Of a DNA stretch of 64,000 bases, positions 38,763 through 52,400 are shown piece by piece. Each line of letters starts with the position of its first letter. The first letter of the stretch is position 1. The notes beneath the pieces were generated by a model. The model was not told the DNA's origin, made no database searches, and saw only the letters and a list, made by a program, of their open reading frames with translations. The stretch lies in contig NC_083227.1 of NCBI RefSeq assembly GCF_032191835.1, positions 76,508,001 through 76,572,000 on the forward strand, read 5' to 3'. The position numbers and the translations under genes are program-made. The stretch is from Heteronotia binoei. Lineage: Eukaryota.

Positions 38763-40143
38763 TCTTAAGGAGAAGTTTGACACCCCTGTCATAGACCTGT
38801 AGCAGTGCAGAGGCTATCTTTGGAGACCCTTTTTCATGTGCTTCCACAAGTGCCATGGGGGTTTATGAGAGAAAGGCCTTCTTAATAGCAGTACCATGAC
38901 TTTAGAATCCTCTTCCAAAGAAAGTCCATCTGTCCTTATTGGCACTCTGCTGTATGCTGAGCACAGTCCTCTTTAAAACAGCTTATACCAATCTGAAGTG
39001 CTAGTCATACTGTGTTTGTGCGGACTGACAACTGCTATAGTACTAATTTGTGTTAATGGTGGAGGTAAACGTTTTTATTGTTGCTGGGAAATAAGGTTCT
39101 GCTTTATCTTGCCATCATTTTAAATAGTTGTGGGAGTTTTTTTAAATCCCATTTTTAAATCTGTTTTAACCAGCCCCATCAATCAGTTTTAGGATAGAAG
39201 GATGAAATACTAAGGCTATATATTATGAATTATTATTCATGATTGTTACTAATCCATGCACTGTTTACAAGAGTTGTCAATTATTGCCACACTGCTTTCG
39301 CCTCTTTTCTTTCGGTCTGGTTCTTCCATTCAAAAAATGAATTTAGATCCTGCCTTCTTTTGAAACTGACTTTTCCAGAGATATGTGGTGGTAAATCCTT
39401 TGCAGAAGGATGCTGGCTTGGAGGGAAGTCTTCTGCTTGAATGCACTCTCTAGGTTTGTGGAGAGAGGCAGCAGTTGCTAACCCGAATGAAAATCCTGTT
39501 CTGATTCTTCTAGACATTGGAGATAACATTCAGATTTGTTGTGGCCATTCTTGAGATCAGAGTATATCTTAGCCATTCACTCACTTTTTGAGCTCTGTTG
39601 GGGGGGGGGGGGGGCGGAGTCTGTCTGATACATTAAATACTCATTTAGGAAGCATCTAGTTATGGTGAAGGACAAACCTACCTGCTGTCAAAGAAATGTG
39701 CTCCTAACTTGGCTACCTATGCTTTTGGGAAAGGGGGAGAGGGAGAGAGAACATGGCTAGTTATATAGGTGGAGCCAGGCAGTTCAGGAAGCCCAGCTAT
39801 TGATGCAGTTGTAGAAAAATAATGTGGCTTGGCAGGTGGCAGCATTTCTTTCATTTTTATCTTCTGCATCAGTCCTGTGCCCAAGTTTCCTTTGTCTAAT
39901 TCCAGTTTAAATCCATTCCACATTGCTTAATTGAAGCTGCCATATCTCATTTCCATCAAAGACCAGTCACTAGGACTGATTTGTATTTCAGGTTAAGAAC
40001 AGCTGACTGGCAGACCATAGATCAGATCCATTTCCTTTATCCGACATTTATCCAGCTGTCCAATTTTAATTAAGATAGGGTAAAAGGTTTACCACAATTA
40101 AGATAGGGTAAAAGGTTTACCACAATTATACGTGCAGTTAAAT

Positions 40144-40647
40144 TAGGGTTGCCAATCCCCAGGTGGGGGCAGGGGATCTCCCGGATTGGAGGCCCTCCCC
40201 CCGCTTCAGGGTCATCAGAAAGCGGGGGGAGGGGAGGGAAATGTCTGCTGGGAACTTTGTTAGCCCCTATGGAGACTTATTACCATAGGGAATAATGGAG
40301 AATTGATCTGGGGCTCTGAAGGGGCTGTATTTTGCGGTAGAGGTGCCAAAATAGCAGCATAGTATCCAGTGCCTCTCCCCAAAATACCCCTCCCCCCAAG
40401 TTTCAAAAAGATTGGACCAGGGGGTCCAATTCTATGAGCCCCAAAAGAAGGTGCTCCTATCCTTCATTATTTCCAATGGAAGGAAGGCATTTAAAAGGTG
40501 TGCAGTCCCTTTTATATGTGATGGCCAGAATTCCCTTTGGAGTTCAATTATGCTCGTCGCACCCTTGCTCCTGGCTCCACCCCCAAAGTCTCCTGGCTCC
40601 ACCCCCAAAGTCCCCAGATATTTCTTGAATTGGACTTGTTAACCCTG
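40144..40647. mobile_element. tagggttgcc-family hAT-like element, long form
   Basis: Homologous along its length to 13528-14008. Confidence 0.8.
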
Positions 40648-40731
40648 TTAAATGCATATGATTTGTAAGAGTCGAATGCTGCACACTTGTTGCATTTCTG
40701 TGCCTGTGTGCATGTACTCCATAAATGAAAA

Positions 40732-40920
40732 TGGGACCCCTGTCTCAGTGGTAAGCCTGTGCTTTGCATATGTAAAGTCCTAGGTTCAACTGAAGCAGGT
40801 TGCTGCTACACAACCCCCAAACATTCAGGATCTCCGTCTCATTCTTGGACATGGAGAGTTATTGGCAGTAGTCAGTGGTTGGACTACTGGGCCTGATTCA
40901 TTATAAGGCTGCTTCATATG
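40732..40920 (+). mobile_element. Old tRNA-derived SINE (Squam2-like)
   Basis: ctcagtggtaag...ttgcatatgtaaagtcctaggttcaa head and ...tgattcattataaggctgcttcat tail; degenerate. Confidence 0.5.
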
Positions 40921-42087
40921 ACTAATGTGAGTGCTGCTAGGAGAACAGGATGCCCTCAGGGAGTATAGAAACTGGCCTTCCCTGTAGCAGGTGAACTGCA
41001 TGCAGCAGGAAAAGTAGTGGTGTTGGTTGCACAAACCATGTAATTGTTTATGTGTTACTGGAGGGGCTTAAGAAGCAGCCATGTAGAAACACCTCTAATG
41101 CCTCTTGGGTGATGTAGGAACTGGTGCAAAGAAGTGTATAGAGGCACCATGAGGGCTGCCAAAACATCTGTCCCTAGTTAGCATTATTTGGAGGTGCAGA
41201 GGGATAGAAGGAAATGCACTTGTGAATACCTCCGGTAACTCTATTAGTGCCAGCCAGTACTGCCAACTAGTAGTCCTCTTCCTGTCTTTCCTTCTTCTGG
41301 CCTTAAAAGACTGGTTGAGAAATTAGATTGGAAAAGGCAGTTAAGGCTGCAATACTGTGCATGCCTGTAATCGCCATGGAACTCAGTCGTCAGCATCCAA
41401 CCACACTCCAGAGACTGAAGTTTTCTGCTAATTTCCATCTCCCACTGTAGACCTCCACTATGCTGACTCCACCATAGTAGACCTTCACTATGCTGGGAGG
41501 AGAGCACAGTGAACTGCAATGGTAAGGGGAATCAGTGGAAATCAGCCCCTTTCATAAGAAAATATCAGAACTGAACTTCTGAGTAGACAGTTTGATACTC
41601 AGCTGAAGTTGAGCCAGTAGCAGCTTGCAAGAGATCTGAAAAGCAGAATTGGAATATAAACAAGAACCTTTTGATCTCCCACCTTGTCTTCTGTATGTTG
41701 TTTCAGTATTTCTAAGACATTTGCTCCACCTCAAAGAAGAACAAAATCATTTAAATAACATAAAGCACTAATTAATAGTCAATGTCACAAATGTGCATTA
41801 AAATATAATCAATTAAAAATTCTATAAGGAACAATGATAGTATTTAGTTCATTCAAAGCAATCCCTATACATTGTCTCAATAATTCTTCTGACAGGAAAT
41901 TGAATATCGTCATCTAGCATTCCATATTTATTTATTTCATTTTTGTGCCCCTCCTTCAGGGAACTAAGGGGGAATTAATTAATTAATTAATTGTTGTATG
42001 GCAGTGGGTATAGTATAGTCAGGAGATCCAACAATTGTCTGGGAGATGCACATGGTTTTCTCCTGCTCCATTTTATTCTCACAACAG

Positions 42088-42199
42088 ATATGTTCAGTTG
42101 AGAAAGAGTGACCCAAAGTTACTCAAAGAGCTTCTGCATCTCATTGGTTTCAGACTAGCACTGTTAAGATGGCATGATACAGGGTTTGGCAGCTTTGCG
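42088..42199 (+). CDS. Candidate coding exon of an unidentified host gene (YVQLRKSDPKLLKELLHLIGFRLALLRWHDTGFGSFA)
   Basis: Pyrimidine-rich acceptor ...ttttattctcacaacag, one open frame (phase 2 to 0), and a weak donor GCG|gtagat. Unique, non-repetitive sequence. Confidence 0.4.
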
Positions 42200-42226
42200 G
42201 TAGATATGAATATTGCAGACCAAGTT

Positions 42227-42470
42227 AGGGATGCCAGCCTCCAAGTGGGACCTCAGGATCAACTGTAATTACAGCTCAGCTCCAGACTACAGAGATCAGT
42301 TCCCCTGGAGAAAATGGATGCTTTGGGGGTGGAATTCTATGGCATTGTACTCCACTGAGGCCCCTGTCCTCTCCAGGTTCCACTCCCAAATCTACAGTAA
42401 TTTCTCAACCTGGATCTGGCCATTCTACCCCCCTTCTCCTGTCGGTGGCTAGAGGGGGACATGGCAACCT
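42227..42470. mobile_element. tagggttgcc-family MITE copy
   Basis: tagggatgcc...ggcaacct termini. Confidence 0.6.
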
Positions 42471-42559
42471 GAGGTCAAGCAAATCTGTGTTGTCAGCCTT
42501 GAGACAGTTTAACTGGCAGTTAACACCTGTTCCAGTCACACATAACATTTTTCCTCAAA

Positions 42560-43113
42560 AAGAACATTGCAGAGCTGGGAGAAGTACAGACAAGGCAACC
42601 AAGATGGTTAGGGGGTTGGAGCACATTCTCTATGATGAAAGGCTGAAGTCTGGGACTTTTCAGTTTAGAAAAGAGATAAGTAAGGGGGGGGGGGGGGACA
42701 TGATAGAGGTTTATAAAATTATGCATGGGAAGAAGAGAGTTGATAAAGGCAACTTTTTCTCCCTCTCCCAAAATACTAGAACTTGAGGCCATCCAATGAA
42801 GCTGATGTACAGTAGGTTCAGGACTGACAAAAAAGAAATACTTCTTTACACAGAAAAGGGATCAAAATGTGGAATTTGCTATCAGAGGATGTAGTGATGG
42901 CCATAGGAATAAACAGCTTTAAAAGATTAGATGGATTCCTGGAGGATAGGTTTAGTGACGGCTACTAGCCATGGTTACTGAGGAGAACCTCCACATTCAG
43001 AGGCACTACTGTTGGCTGCCCAGAGGAACTGGTTGGCCACTGTGTGAGGCAGGGTACTGGACTGGATGGACCACTAATCTGATTCAGCAGGGTTCTTATT
43101 ATGTTCTTATGTT
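42560..43113 (+). mobile_element. 5'-truncated CR1 fragment (older subfamily)
   Basis: GDMIEVYKIMHG motif and (ttatgttc)n 3' tail. Confidence 0.85.
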
Positions 43114-44433
43114 CCAGTGATAAGAGAGAAAGGGATATAAATGAAAAGGATTTTTGAATACTGAACAATGATGTGTTTTTATTAAAAGTAATGTTCTAAG
43201 TGGCAAACCTGCCTCTGAAGACACATTTTTGAATGGATGTGGTTCTAAATACAGGCATTAATACTGAATAGGTAGGACTGGAAATATTAGCAGAAAATAT
43301 GAAAAAAATCATACTGCCAGTTAACTTTTATGGCCCTGTATGAGAGCCTAGCCGTTAAAGAGTGTCCATTCAGAGATTTGGGTGGAATTTTTAATAGATG
43401 TTTGAAGTGACTGTGCCATCTGCTGAAATGGTGAGAGGGAGGGCTGATTGGTTGATAATTGCATATGCATATACTCCATTAGGCCATTTGCATGATCCTG
43501 AAGTATGTAGAACATTGGTTTCTTCCCCAAAATCTACTCTGCAAAAAAGGACAAGGAAGCTTCCTGATATGCAGGTGTACAGTACTGCAAATATATGGGG
43601 AAGTATATGCAGAGTTATTGGAGCTGAACACTAAACTGAATCGTTGCCTGTGGACTATGTGGCTATGCACCTGTAAGTTTTCAAAAAATGTGGCCTTAAA
43701 ATGCCTGCGTGGAGCCTGTGTGGCAAAGAAGAGCCATAAAGCTGTCCCTCTTTGCTTTATAGAGTTGCAGCCAGTAATTCTGTAAAAAAAGGCAGCAAAA
43801 ATTCACTGTGCAGAATTTAATATTATTGAATTGATGCCACAAAGCCAGTCTGCATATGGTCCCAGAGCAAGTTTGGCTGGGATTTTTGAAAGCAGAAATC
43901 TTTCATCTAGCAATCTGATTTCTTAGTAAAATTTTAGCTGGATTGTGATTTTTATTTTTTTTTTACTTTTGGGGTTGTAAACTTGTTAATTATTAACTCC
44001 CAAGTAAATTATTTCTTTTCAAGATATGAAATCCCCTCTTCTCCTGTGCTTCAGTAATAATCTCCCTTTGGCATGGGCAGCACCCAGAGGCGGAGAATTC
44101 CCAGCGACGGTGAGACAGTTCAGTTCACTATCTGTGACACTTCCAAAATGAAATATATCATGTTGCAAAGGTTCATTAAGAAACTCAATTCCAGAGCTCC
44201 AAAGAGCAGAGGTGGGATGTACCTTGGGCCAAAAGCTGGCACTGCATGCTGTCTGAGAGAAAGGGAGGAATGAAAAAAGCCTCACATTGCCATTTCTTTT
44301 AACATTTGTTCGCTTTTCTCTGTGAATGGGCTCTAAAGCTTAGCTGTTTATTCAGCTTTTCATAGTAGTTTCTCCCTTTATTTTGTTTATATTCCACCTT
44401 TCTCGCCAGTAGGAACCCAAAGCTGCTTACATC

Positions 44434-44621
44434 TAGGGCTTTTTTTGAGCAGGAACACAGTTCCAGCTGTCTTAGCATCAGTGGGTGTGGCCTAATATGC
44501 AAATAAGTTCTTGCTGGGCTTTTTCCAAAAAAAGCCATGTGGGAAACAATGATGAGGTCAGGGAGTGCAGCCTAATATGCAAATGAATTCCTGCTGGGCC
44601 TTTTCTACAAAAACCCCCCTA
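44434..44621. mobile_element. hAT MITE
   Basis: tagggc...cccta termini, perfect 8-bp TSD cttacatc; related to 26211-26392. Confidence 0.8.
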
Positions 44622-44699
44622 CTTACATCATTCTCCTCTCCTCCATTTTATCCTCAGAACAGCCTATGAGGTATAAGTGAGTTTACACAGTGTTTATTT

Positions 44700-44910
44700 C
44701 TGTGGTTGCTCAGCCTCCAGGTAGGGCCTGGAGATCTTCTGGAATTAAAGCTCTTCTCCAGATTACAGGATTTATAGGGATCAGTTCCCCTGGAGAAAAT
44801 GGTTGCTTTTTGGTCTGGTATTATACCCCACTGTGTTCTTTCCCTTCCCAAAGTCTGCCCTTCCTTGCCTCCACCTCCAAATTTCCAGGAATTTCCCAGC
44901 CCTGGGCTGA
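44700..44910. mobile_element. tagggttgcc-family MITE copy
   Basis: Internal homology to the 20400, 27295 and 42227 copies. Confidence 0.55.
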
Positions 44911-45445
44911 CAAAACCCTGTGCAGAAGTGTGTGTGTGGGGTGGGGGGGAGAACTAAATTATTCTAATGCTTTTAGTTTTATTATGGGATGCATTTTAAT
45001 CCAGTTGTCTACATTTCAAAGTTGACTACTTTGATTTGTTTTTAATTTTTGTCATTAACTGTTCTGAGCCTATATTGATAGACTTGCCAACAGGCCTGGA
45101 GAAAAGTGTGTGGAAAGAGACTTAACTTGTGGAAAGAGATGTTCTTGCTGAGCCTGCCCTGGCGGGGAGGGCAGGATATAAATCTAACAATGAATAAATA
45201 ATAAAATGTCTGAAGCTTCTCGTGGCATGGAGGTCAATAACATTACCCTATTAAGCCTCTGTTAAAAGAACAAGATTTTTTGCAGTTATCCCCATCCCCA
45301 CACCATATCCGCGATTACCTTGGTCATCCACTTGGGCAGGGGGACTGGGCTGCCAAGGAATAGAAGCCTTCTTGAGAACACAGTGTGACGCACAACTGAG
45401 CAACTACTTGATCAGGTAATCTGATAAGAGAGAATCACGATAGAC

Positions 45446-45581
45446 CAGGGTTGGCCAACAGTAGCTCTCCAGATGCTTTTTGCCTACAACTCCCATCAGC
45501 CCCAGCCATTGGCCATTCTGGCTGGGGCTGATGGGAGTTGTAGGCAAAAAACATCTGGACAGCCACCGTTGGCCACCCCTG
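45446..45581. mobile_element. Palindromic hAT MITE (136 bp)
   Basis: Full fold-back; TSD cgatagac/tgatagac (one CpG-type change). Confidence 0.85.
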
Positions 45582-46659
45582 TGATAGACCATGGCAAAGC
45601 ACCTTCCCTGACTGTCAGTTCTAGCCTGTTGAATGTCAAGCCTTTTGTGCATTTTCAGATTTGCATGCTGCATGGCAAAGAGTGAGGTTAACGGGATCTA
45701 TGATGGGTAGGCTGATAAATATTGGGATTAACTAAAGGTTGTTGCTCATGGCTTTGTACAGTTTAAACCGAGTGTTTGTTTTTTACTTTAACATTGCAAT
45801 AATTAAGGCTTCTCCCCTGTGGGCCTTCTGACAAAGCCATGATTGAATTTATTTAACTTGGATTGCTGGCCTGGGGTGGCTGTGCTGAACCATGTTCTTT
45901 TTGAGAGCCTATTTGGAATGGTAAGGTCTTAAATGGAGCAAAATGAGGAAACAATAGTAGATTGTTTACCTTCCCAGGGAAGCGCGCTCTGTTTCCAAGG
46001 GCAAAGTTAGGTACAATTAAAGTAATACTATCTGACACAGCAGTGGAGGAGAGCAAAGGTTTCTGAAACAGTGGAAGTAATTGCTTTGACTCTTGAGCTG
46101 AAGAACTCGGGGAGCTGAAGCGCTGAATGATGTTTTCTGCTCCCATCACTGCCTTTTCATTCTGTTATGTTATATAATACCAAACATCATCCTTCTTATC
46201 ACAAATAAGGTTTGAGAACTGTGGTGTGTTGCCTCTTGACTGTTGCTCTGAAGCATCTAAACTTGTTTAGACACTGCTCTGAGGCTGCACCATGTGGTTA
46301 GATTGCAAAAAAGCATCATAAGCATAATGCAGTCCCATAGCTGTCCAAGTTTCAGTCATCTGCTTGCAAATTCACAAAATGCTGAGCTGGGACCACATTT
46401 TACTGCTTTATATTGAATCTAATTGAGTGCGGAGAACTTTGTGAGTGTGGTTACCTTGAACTTCTCTTGCTTCCCCTCCACATTTGCACAAGAGTTGAGT
46501 CCCCTTACTGGAGTGGTTCCCAGCCTTTTTGGTATAGTGACTCATCCAAGTCTGGCCCAAAGTTTTTGGTGTCTTAGGCAAACTGTTTCCTTGGCACCCA
46601 TCTAGTTCAGCATTCCATTTTCTACAGAAAGCAATGGAAAGGACAGGTGTGGCAGTATT

Positions 46660-48720
46660 TATATATTTATTTGACTTTTGCCCGCCCTCCCTCCCTCCCC
46701 TGCACAGCAGGCTCAAGGCAGGTTGCAACATTCTTAGGACATACAAAGAATTAAAATAAAATATAATTGATAAAAACAATTTCAATACAATATTAATACA
46801 TACAGTATAAAGCCATAAAAACTCTTGAGATGTGCCAGCTAAACAATTTAATGAATTAGATGAAATTCCAAATTATGCATAGGTGCAGATTGAGACAGAA
46901 CAAGGAAAGTGAGTGGATGTGGGAGCAGCTGTGGCTATGGTTGAGGCTTGGTAGACTTCTTTGGGGCCGGGAATGACCACTAGGTGTGGTTGGGAAGAAC
47001 GTAAGGTTCTTTGGGAGAGACTGTCCTGCTGATATGTTGGTCCCATTCTGCATAGGACTTTGAATGTAAGAACCAAAACCTTGAACTTGATCCACAATTC
47101 AACTGGGAGCCAATGCAGCTGGTACAGCACTGGATCATCAATTTGTCACTCTCAGTTGTGTCCCTGTGAGGACATACATCGCTGCATTTTAGACCAGCTG
47201 AAGTTTCTAGTCTCAGTGTCTAGAGAGCCAGTTTGGGGAAGTGGTTAAGTATGCAGACTCTTATCTGGGAGAACCGGGTTTGATTCCCCACTCCTCCACT
47301 TGCACCTGCTGGAGTAGCCTTGGGTCAGCCATAGTCCTTGAAAGTGCAGCTCCTGTGAGAATCCTCTCAGCCCCACTCACCTCACAGGGTGTCTCTTGTG
47401 GGGGAGGAAGTTAAAGGAGATTGTGAGCCACTCTGAGATTTGGAGTGGAGGGCGGGATATAAATCCAATATCTTCAAGGGTAGCCCTACATAAAATGAGT
47501 TATAGTAATCCAGCCTGGAGATGACCATTGCATGGATCGCTGTAGCTAGGTAAGGGCGGGGAGAGGTAGAAGACTAGTTACCTGACATGCCACAGATGGA
47601 AGAATGAAGATGCCTCCATAATGAGGCATCCAAGATCATGCCCAAACTTTTTACTGCTGGAGCAGGTAGTTTTCCAGAGTTGGGAGCTGGATCCTTAGCC
47701 CAATTACCCTACAACCAGGTACAGAACCTCTGTCTTCATCAGATTCAGTTGATTCTGCTTTAACCATGAAGTCACAGCATTCAGATCCTCGACTAGAATG
47801 TCTGGAGTGATATCCATTCATCATCCAATACAGCCGGGTGTCGTCAGCATACGGGAGGGAGTTAGATTGAAATGGGTCTGGGATAGAGGAATCTTCCAGG
47901 AAAGCCTGGAGCGATTTAGCTGCTGCTCTCTCAACTACATTACCCAGAAATGGAAGGTTTGAAACTGGGTGGTAGTTTGCTGGATCTGTGGGGTCCAAAG
48001 ATGGTATTTTCAGGAGCAGTCTCACCACTACCTCTGTTGAAGTCCCTGGAAAAGTCCCAGTGCTCAGGGACAAACTGATGATATTTGCAGAGGCGGGGCT
48101 GTATTCTATCACTGCCAGCTTTCACTAGCCATGATGGACATGGGTCCAAGGGGCAAGTGGTGGGCTTCACAGCACACAAGATCCTGTCAACCTTGTCCTG
48201 GGAGAGTTGGCTGAAATGGTCCATTACTGGACCTGAAGATGGCCAAGAGGCCTCCAGTTCTTGTACTGTACCAATAGTGGCTGGCAGGTCCTAGCAGAGT
48301 GACAAGATTTTGCCTGCAAAATTGCCTCCAAAAGCCTGACAGCTAATAGCCAATTAGTGTCATTTTGGGATTCCCATGAAAGGAATGTAAGTGACCTAAT
48401 TACTGGGCAAAAGCTTGCAGATTCAATGGAAGTTGCATAGAATTCCTTCTTTGTGGCTTTCACTGCCACCTCATAGGCTTTCATAAATGCCCTATAAGAT
48501 GTTCTTGCAACTCTGTCAAGAGTCCATCGCCACCCTCACTCTAGCCACCTCAGCTCCCATTTCACCCTTCAAAGCTGCTTGGTATACCAAAGGGCTAATC
48601 TGGTATGGGGGCACAGAGGGCAACAGGGAGCAATCTCGTTGATGGCTTCAGAGAGATGGCCATGTCAGTCCTCTACTAGCACACCTAACTAGCACACCAG
48701 GGACATTGGATCCTGCACAG
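46660..48720 (-). mobile_element. Decayed L2 LINE, interrupted by a SINE at 47223
   Basis: YADDT, HPVSNLPFLG, CPLDPCPSWLVK, LHWLPVELWIKFKVL motifs on the minus strand; L2-type 3' tail near 46660. Confidence 0.85.
47223..47476 (+). mobile_element. Squam3-like SINE nested in L2
   Basis: Near-identical to 5680-5959. Confidence 0.85.
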
Positions 48721-49489
48721 CATGAGGGAGGCCAGCCCATGACCTACTTTCAGAGGCTTCATACCCCACTTTTGGGTCCCAACCCCACTGCCTTGCTAGA
48801 TCTAAAAGGAACACTGCTATACTGGATCTTGGTGTTGTAAAACTTGCTGACAAAGAGCCACAGTTTAAGCACACTGTTCATAAACTGTGGCTTTAATGTT
48901 ATATTTGAATGTGAGAATAGGTTTCTGCATACACAGTAATGTATGAAGTAGGCCTTATTCTCATCTTTCTGACAGATAATTTAGGCTGGAGATAAGCAAT
49001 TTGGGGGGGTTGGAACAATGAAGGTGATGTGAAATAGGATCCTTGCTTATGCTATTTATAGTCAACTCTCAGTCATCTCCGAGTAACAAGTTCTGCAGCT
49101 TTTTGTAACTTTGCAGAATTGTTTAACTAGAGACCTCAGTGGCACAAGAAAAAAAATGAGTATTCATGTAAAGTGCTGACATGATGCCAGTATGGTGGTT
49201 ATAATTGCTGACCAGGTCAGAGGAGCCCTGTGTTCAAATTCTTGAAGATTCCTGGGTACTGTGAGCTATTCACTCTCAGCCTAACTTACCACACAAGGTT
49301 GATGTGAAGGAACAATGGAGGAAGCAAGAACCATATATGCTGTTCTAAACTCTTTAGAGGAAGGGTAAGATAAAAGTGTGATAAGTAGTTCTAGGGCACT
49401 AAGATGCGGTGTGTGTGTATTTTTGTAATTTGTACTTGTAAGTTGGGATACTTACGATGTGTCGTGGCTGTAAGTTTAGACTTAAAAAT

Positions 49490-52400
49490 AAATAAATAAA
49501 TAAATAAATAATTTTTTTATTTATACCCCGCCCTCCCCACTGAGCCAGGCTCAGGGCGGCTTACAGGACATGGCAAAAGCCATGTTAAAACAATAAAACA
49601 AGATAATACAGTTAAGTACAATTAACAATTAAGCATTTAAATAATCTAAAAACAGTCTAAAAGAATATAATTTAATAGTGCTACTATCTCAGTTATATGA
49701 ATGATGGCGTGATGTTTATTCCAAGTTCCATCTTAGAAGGCTAGCTGGAAGAGGGCAGTTTTGCATGCCCTACGGAATTGGTTAAGATCCCGTAGGGCCC
49801 GCACCTCTTCCGGCAGCTGGTTCCAGCATTGGGGTGCCTTTATAGAGAAGGCCTGTTCTCTAGTTGTTTTTAATTTGGCCTCCTTTGGCCCAGGTACTTC
49901 CAGAAGGTTTTGTGAACTGGATCGTAGTGCTCTCTGGGGAACATATGGAGAGAGGCGGTCCCTAAGGTAGGCAGGTCCTCGGCCATATAGGGCTTTAAAG
50001 GTAATAACCAGCACCTTGTAACGAACTCGGTATACAATTGGCAGCCAATGCAGCTCCCGCAGCCTAGGCCGCACATGTTCCCACCGGGGTAGGCCCAATA
50101 GCAGTCTGGCTGCTGCATTCTGCACTAGCTGCAGTTTCCGAGTTCGGCACAGGGGCAGCTCCATGTAGAGGGCATTACAGTAATCTAGCCTCGAGGTGAC
50201 CGTTGCATGGATCACTGTTGCCAGGTCATTGCGTTCCAGGAAGGAAGCCAACTGCCTCACCCGCCTAAGATGAAAGAAGGCGGATTTGGCAGTGGCTGCT
50301 ATCTGGGCCTCCATTGTCAAGGAAGACTCCAGTAGCACTCCCAAGCTCCTGACCCTGCGCACTGGTACCAGTGGCGCACCATCAAAAGCTGGAAGGGAGA
50401 TCCCTCCCTCCAGACCACTGTGCCCTATGCAAAGGACCTCTGTCTTCGCTGGATTCAATTTCAGGCCACTCGACCTAATCCAATCTGCCACAGCTTGCAA
50501 TGCCCGGTCCAAATTTGTAGGGACATTGGCAGCTCGGCTGCCCATCAATAGATAGAGCTGGGTGTCATCCGCATACTGGTGACAACCCAGCCCATATCTT
50601 CAGGCAATCTGGGCAAGGGGGTGCATGTAGATGTTAAATAACATCGGGGAGAGAACTGCCCCCTGAGGCACCCCACAATTAAGTAGGTGTCTCCGGCATA
50701 GCTCTTCCCCAATCGCCACCCTTTGTCCCCGACCCTCCAGGAAAGAGGAAAGTCACTGCAAGGCTAGCCCCTGAATCCCTGCATCGGCAAGGCGGCGGGT
50801 CAGCAGCCGGTGGTCGACCATATCGAATGCAGCTGATAGGTCTAACAACAGCAATACCGCCACATCGCCTTGGTCCAGATGTCGCCGGAGATCATCCATG
50901 AGGGCGACCAATACTGTCTCCGTCCCATGGCCTGGGCGGAAGCCGGACTGGAATGAATCTAAAGTGGAAGCGTCATCCAGGAAACTCTGTAGCTGCAACG
51001 CCACAGCCCTCTCTATGACTTTGCCCAGAAAGGGCAAGTTTGAGACCGGCCGGTAATGAGCCAATTTGGCCGGGTCTGATGTAGCCTTTTTCAGGAGGGG
51101 GTGGACCACTGCCTCTTTCAGAGGGGTTGGGAAAAAACCCTCCGAAAGAGATCTATTTATGATGTCCCGTACAGGACATCTCAGCTCCTACTGGCAAGCT
51201 TTAATTAGCCAAGAGGGGCACGGGTCCAGATCGCAAGTTGTTGAGCGTGCAGTAGAGAGGATTCTGTCAACTTCCTCTAGGCCGAGCGGGTCGAAACGGT
51301 TCAGGGTCAAACCAGAAGACAGGCACGGAGCCTCGAGTTCACATACTGTATCCAATATGGCAGGGCAGTCGCGGCGGAGCGACTGGACTTTGTCTGCAAA
51401 ACATTTGGTTTGCCTTGTGGCAATGTAGTAAGGTTCCGAATTGTCCTAAACAATTGTGCGGGGCGCGAATTTGCAGACGCAATCTTAGCCGCAAAGTACG
51501 TTTTCTTTGTGGCCTTGACTGCCATCTCATAGGACCTCATAAACTCCCTATAAGATGCTCTAGTCGCTTCGTCACGAGTACACCGCCATTGCCTCTCTAG
51601 CCGTCTGAGGCCTTGTTTCAGCTGGTGTAGTTCCAGGGTATACCACGGCGCCAGCCTAATCCAAGGTCGCAGAGGGCGTTGAGGTGCGATCTCATCAATG
51701 GCCCTGGAGAGCCGGCTATGCCAGGTCTCAACCAGGTCATCGAGGGAATCACCAGAGGGCCAGGGATCCCGCAGAGCCATTTGGAACCGTTCCGGATCCA
51801 TCTGGTTCTGCGGGCGAGCCATAATGCGCTCATCGTCTAGACAGGTTTGGCGTGGAGCGTCCACACGAGCCCTGAGGGTGAGGTGGTCCGACCATGGCAC
51901 CGCTTCTGCGATTATATCATCCACCATAGCCCCGGCTGCAAAGATCAGGTCTAACATGTGCCCGGCCTGGTGAGTGAGAGATGTAACAAATTGAGAGAGC
52001 CCTAGTATTGCCATGGATGACACTAGGTCCGTCGCCAAACTGGAGGCTGGGTCATCAGCATGGACGTTGAAGTCACCCAGGATCACCAGCCTTGGGTGCT
52101 CCAACGCCCAGCCTGCCACAGCCTTGAGCAGGGACGGTAAGGCATTGGCTGGTGCACTAGGCGAATGGTACACCAGCCAAATCGCCAACCCCTCTCCAAC
52201 TTCCCATGCCAGACCGGCACATTCAATACCTTCGATCCTCCCCCCGCCCGCTAATCCGTGATTGGTGAAAAATTGAGTAACCCGGGGGAGCTGTTTGTGA
52301 GAGGGCCACTGTATCTCCCTCTCGAACCCAGGTCTCAGTCACGCAAGCCAGGTCCATGTCCTGCTCGAGTAAAAACTCTCGAAGGACAGAGGTCTTATTA

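Noticed and set aside
39281-39529. 82-aa minus-strand ORF that looks protein-like
   Set aside because: No recognisable domain, no convincing splice sites, and a length within chance expectation.
39599-39614. Long G runs (also near 54118 and 60291)
   Set aside because: Simple homopolymers; G-quadruplex function cannot be supported and run length may be a sequencing artefact.
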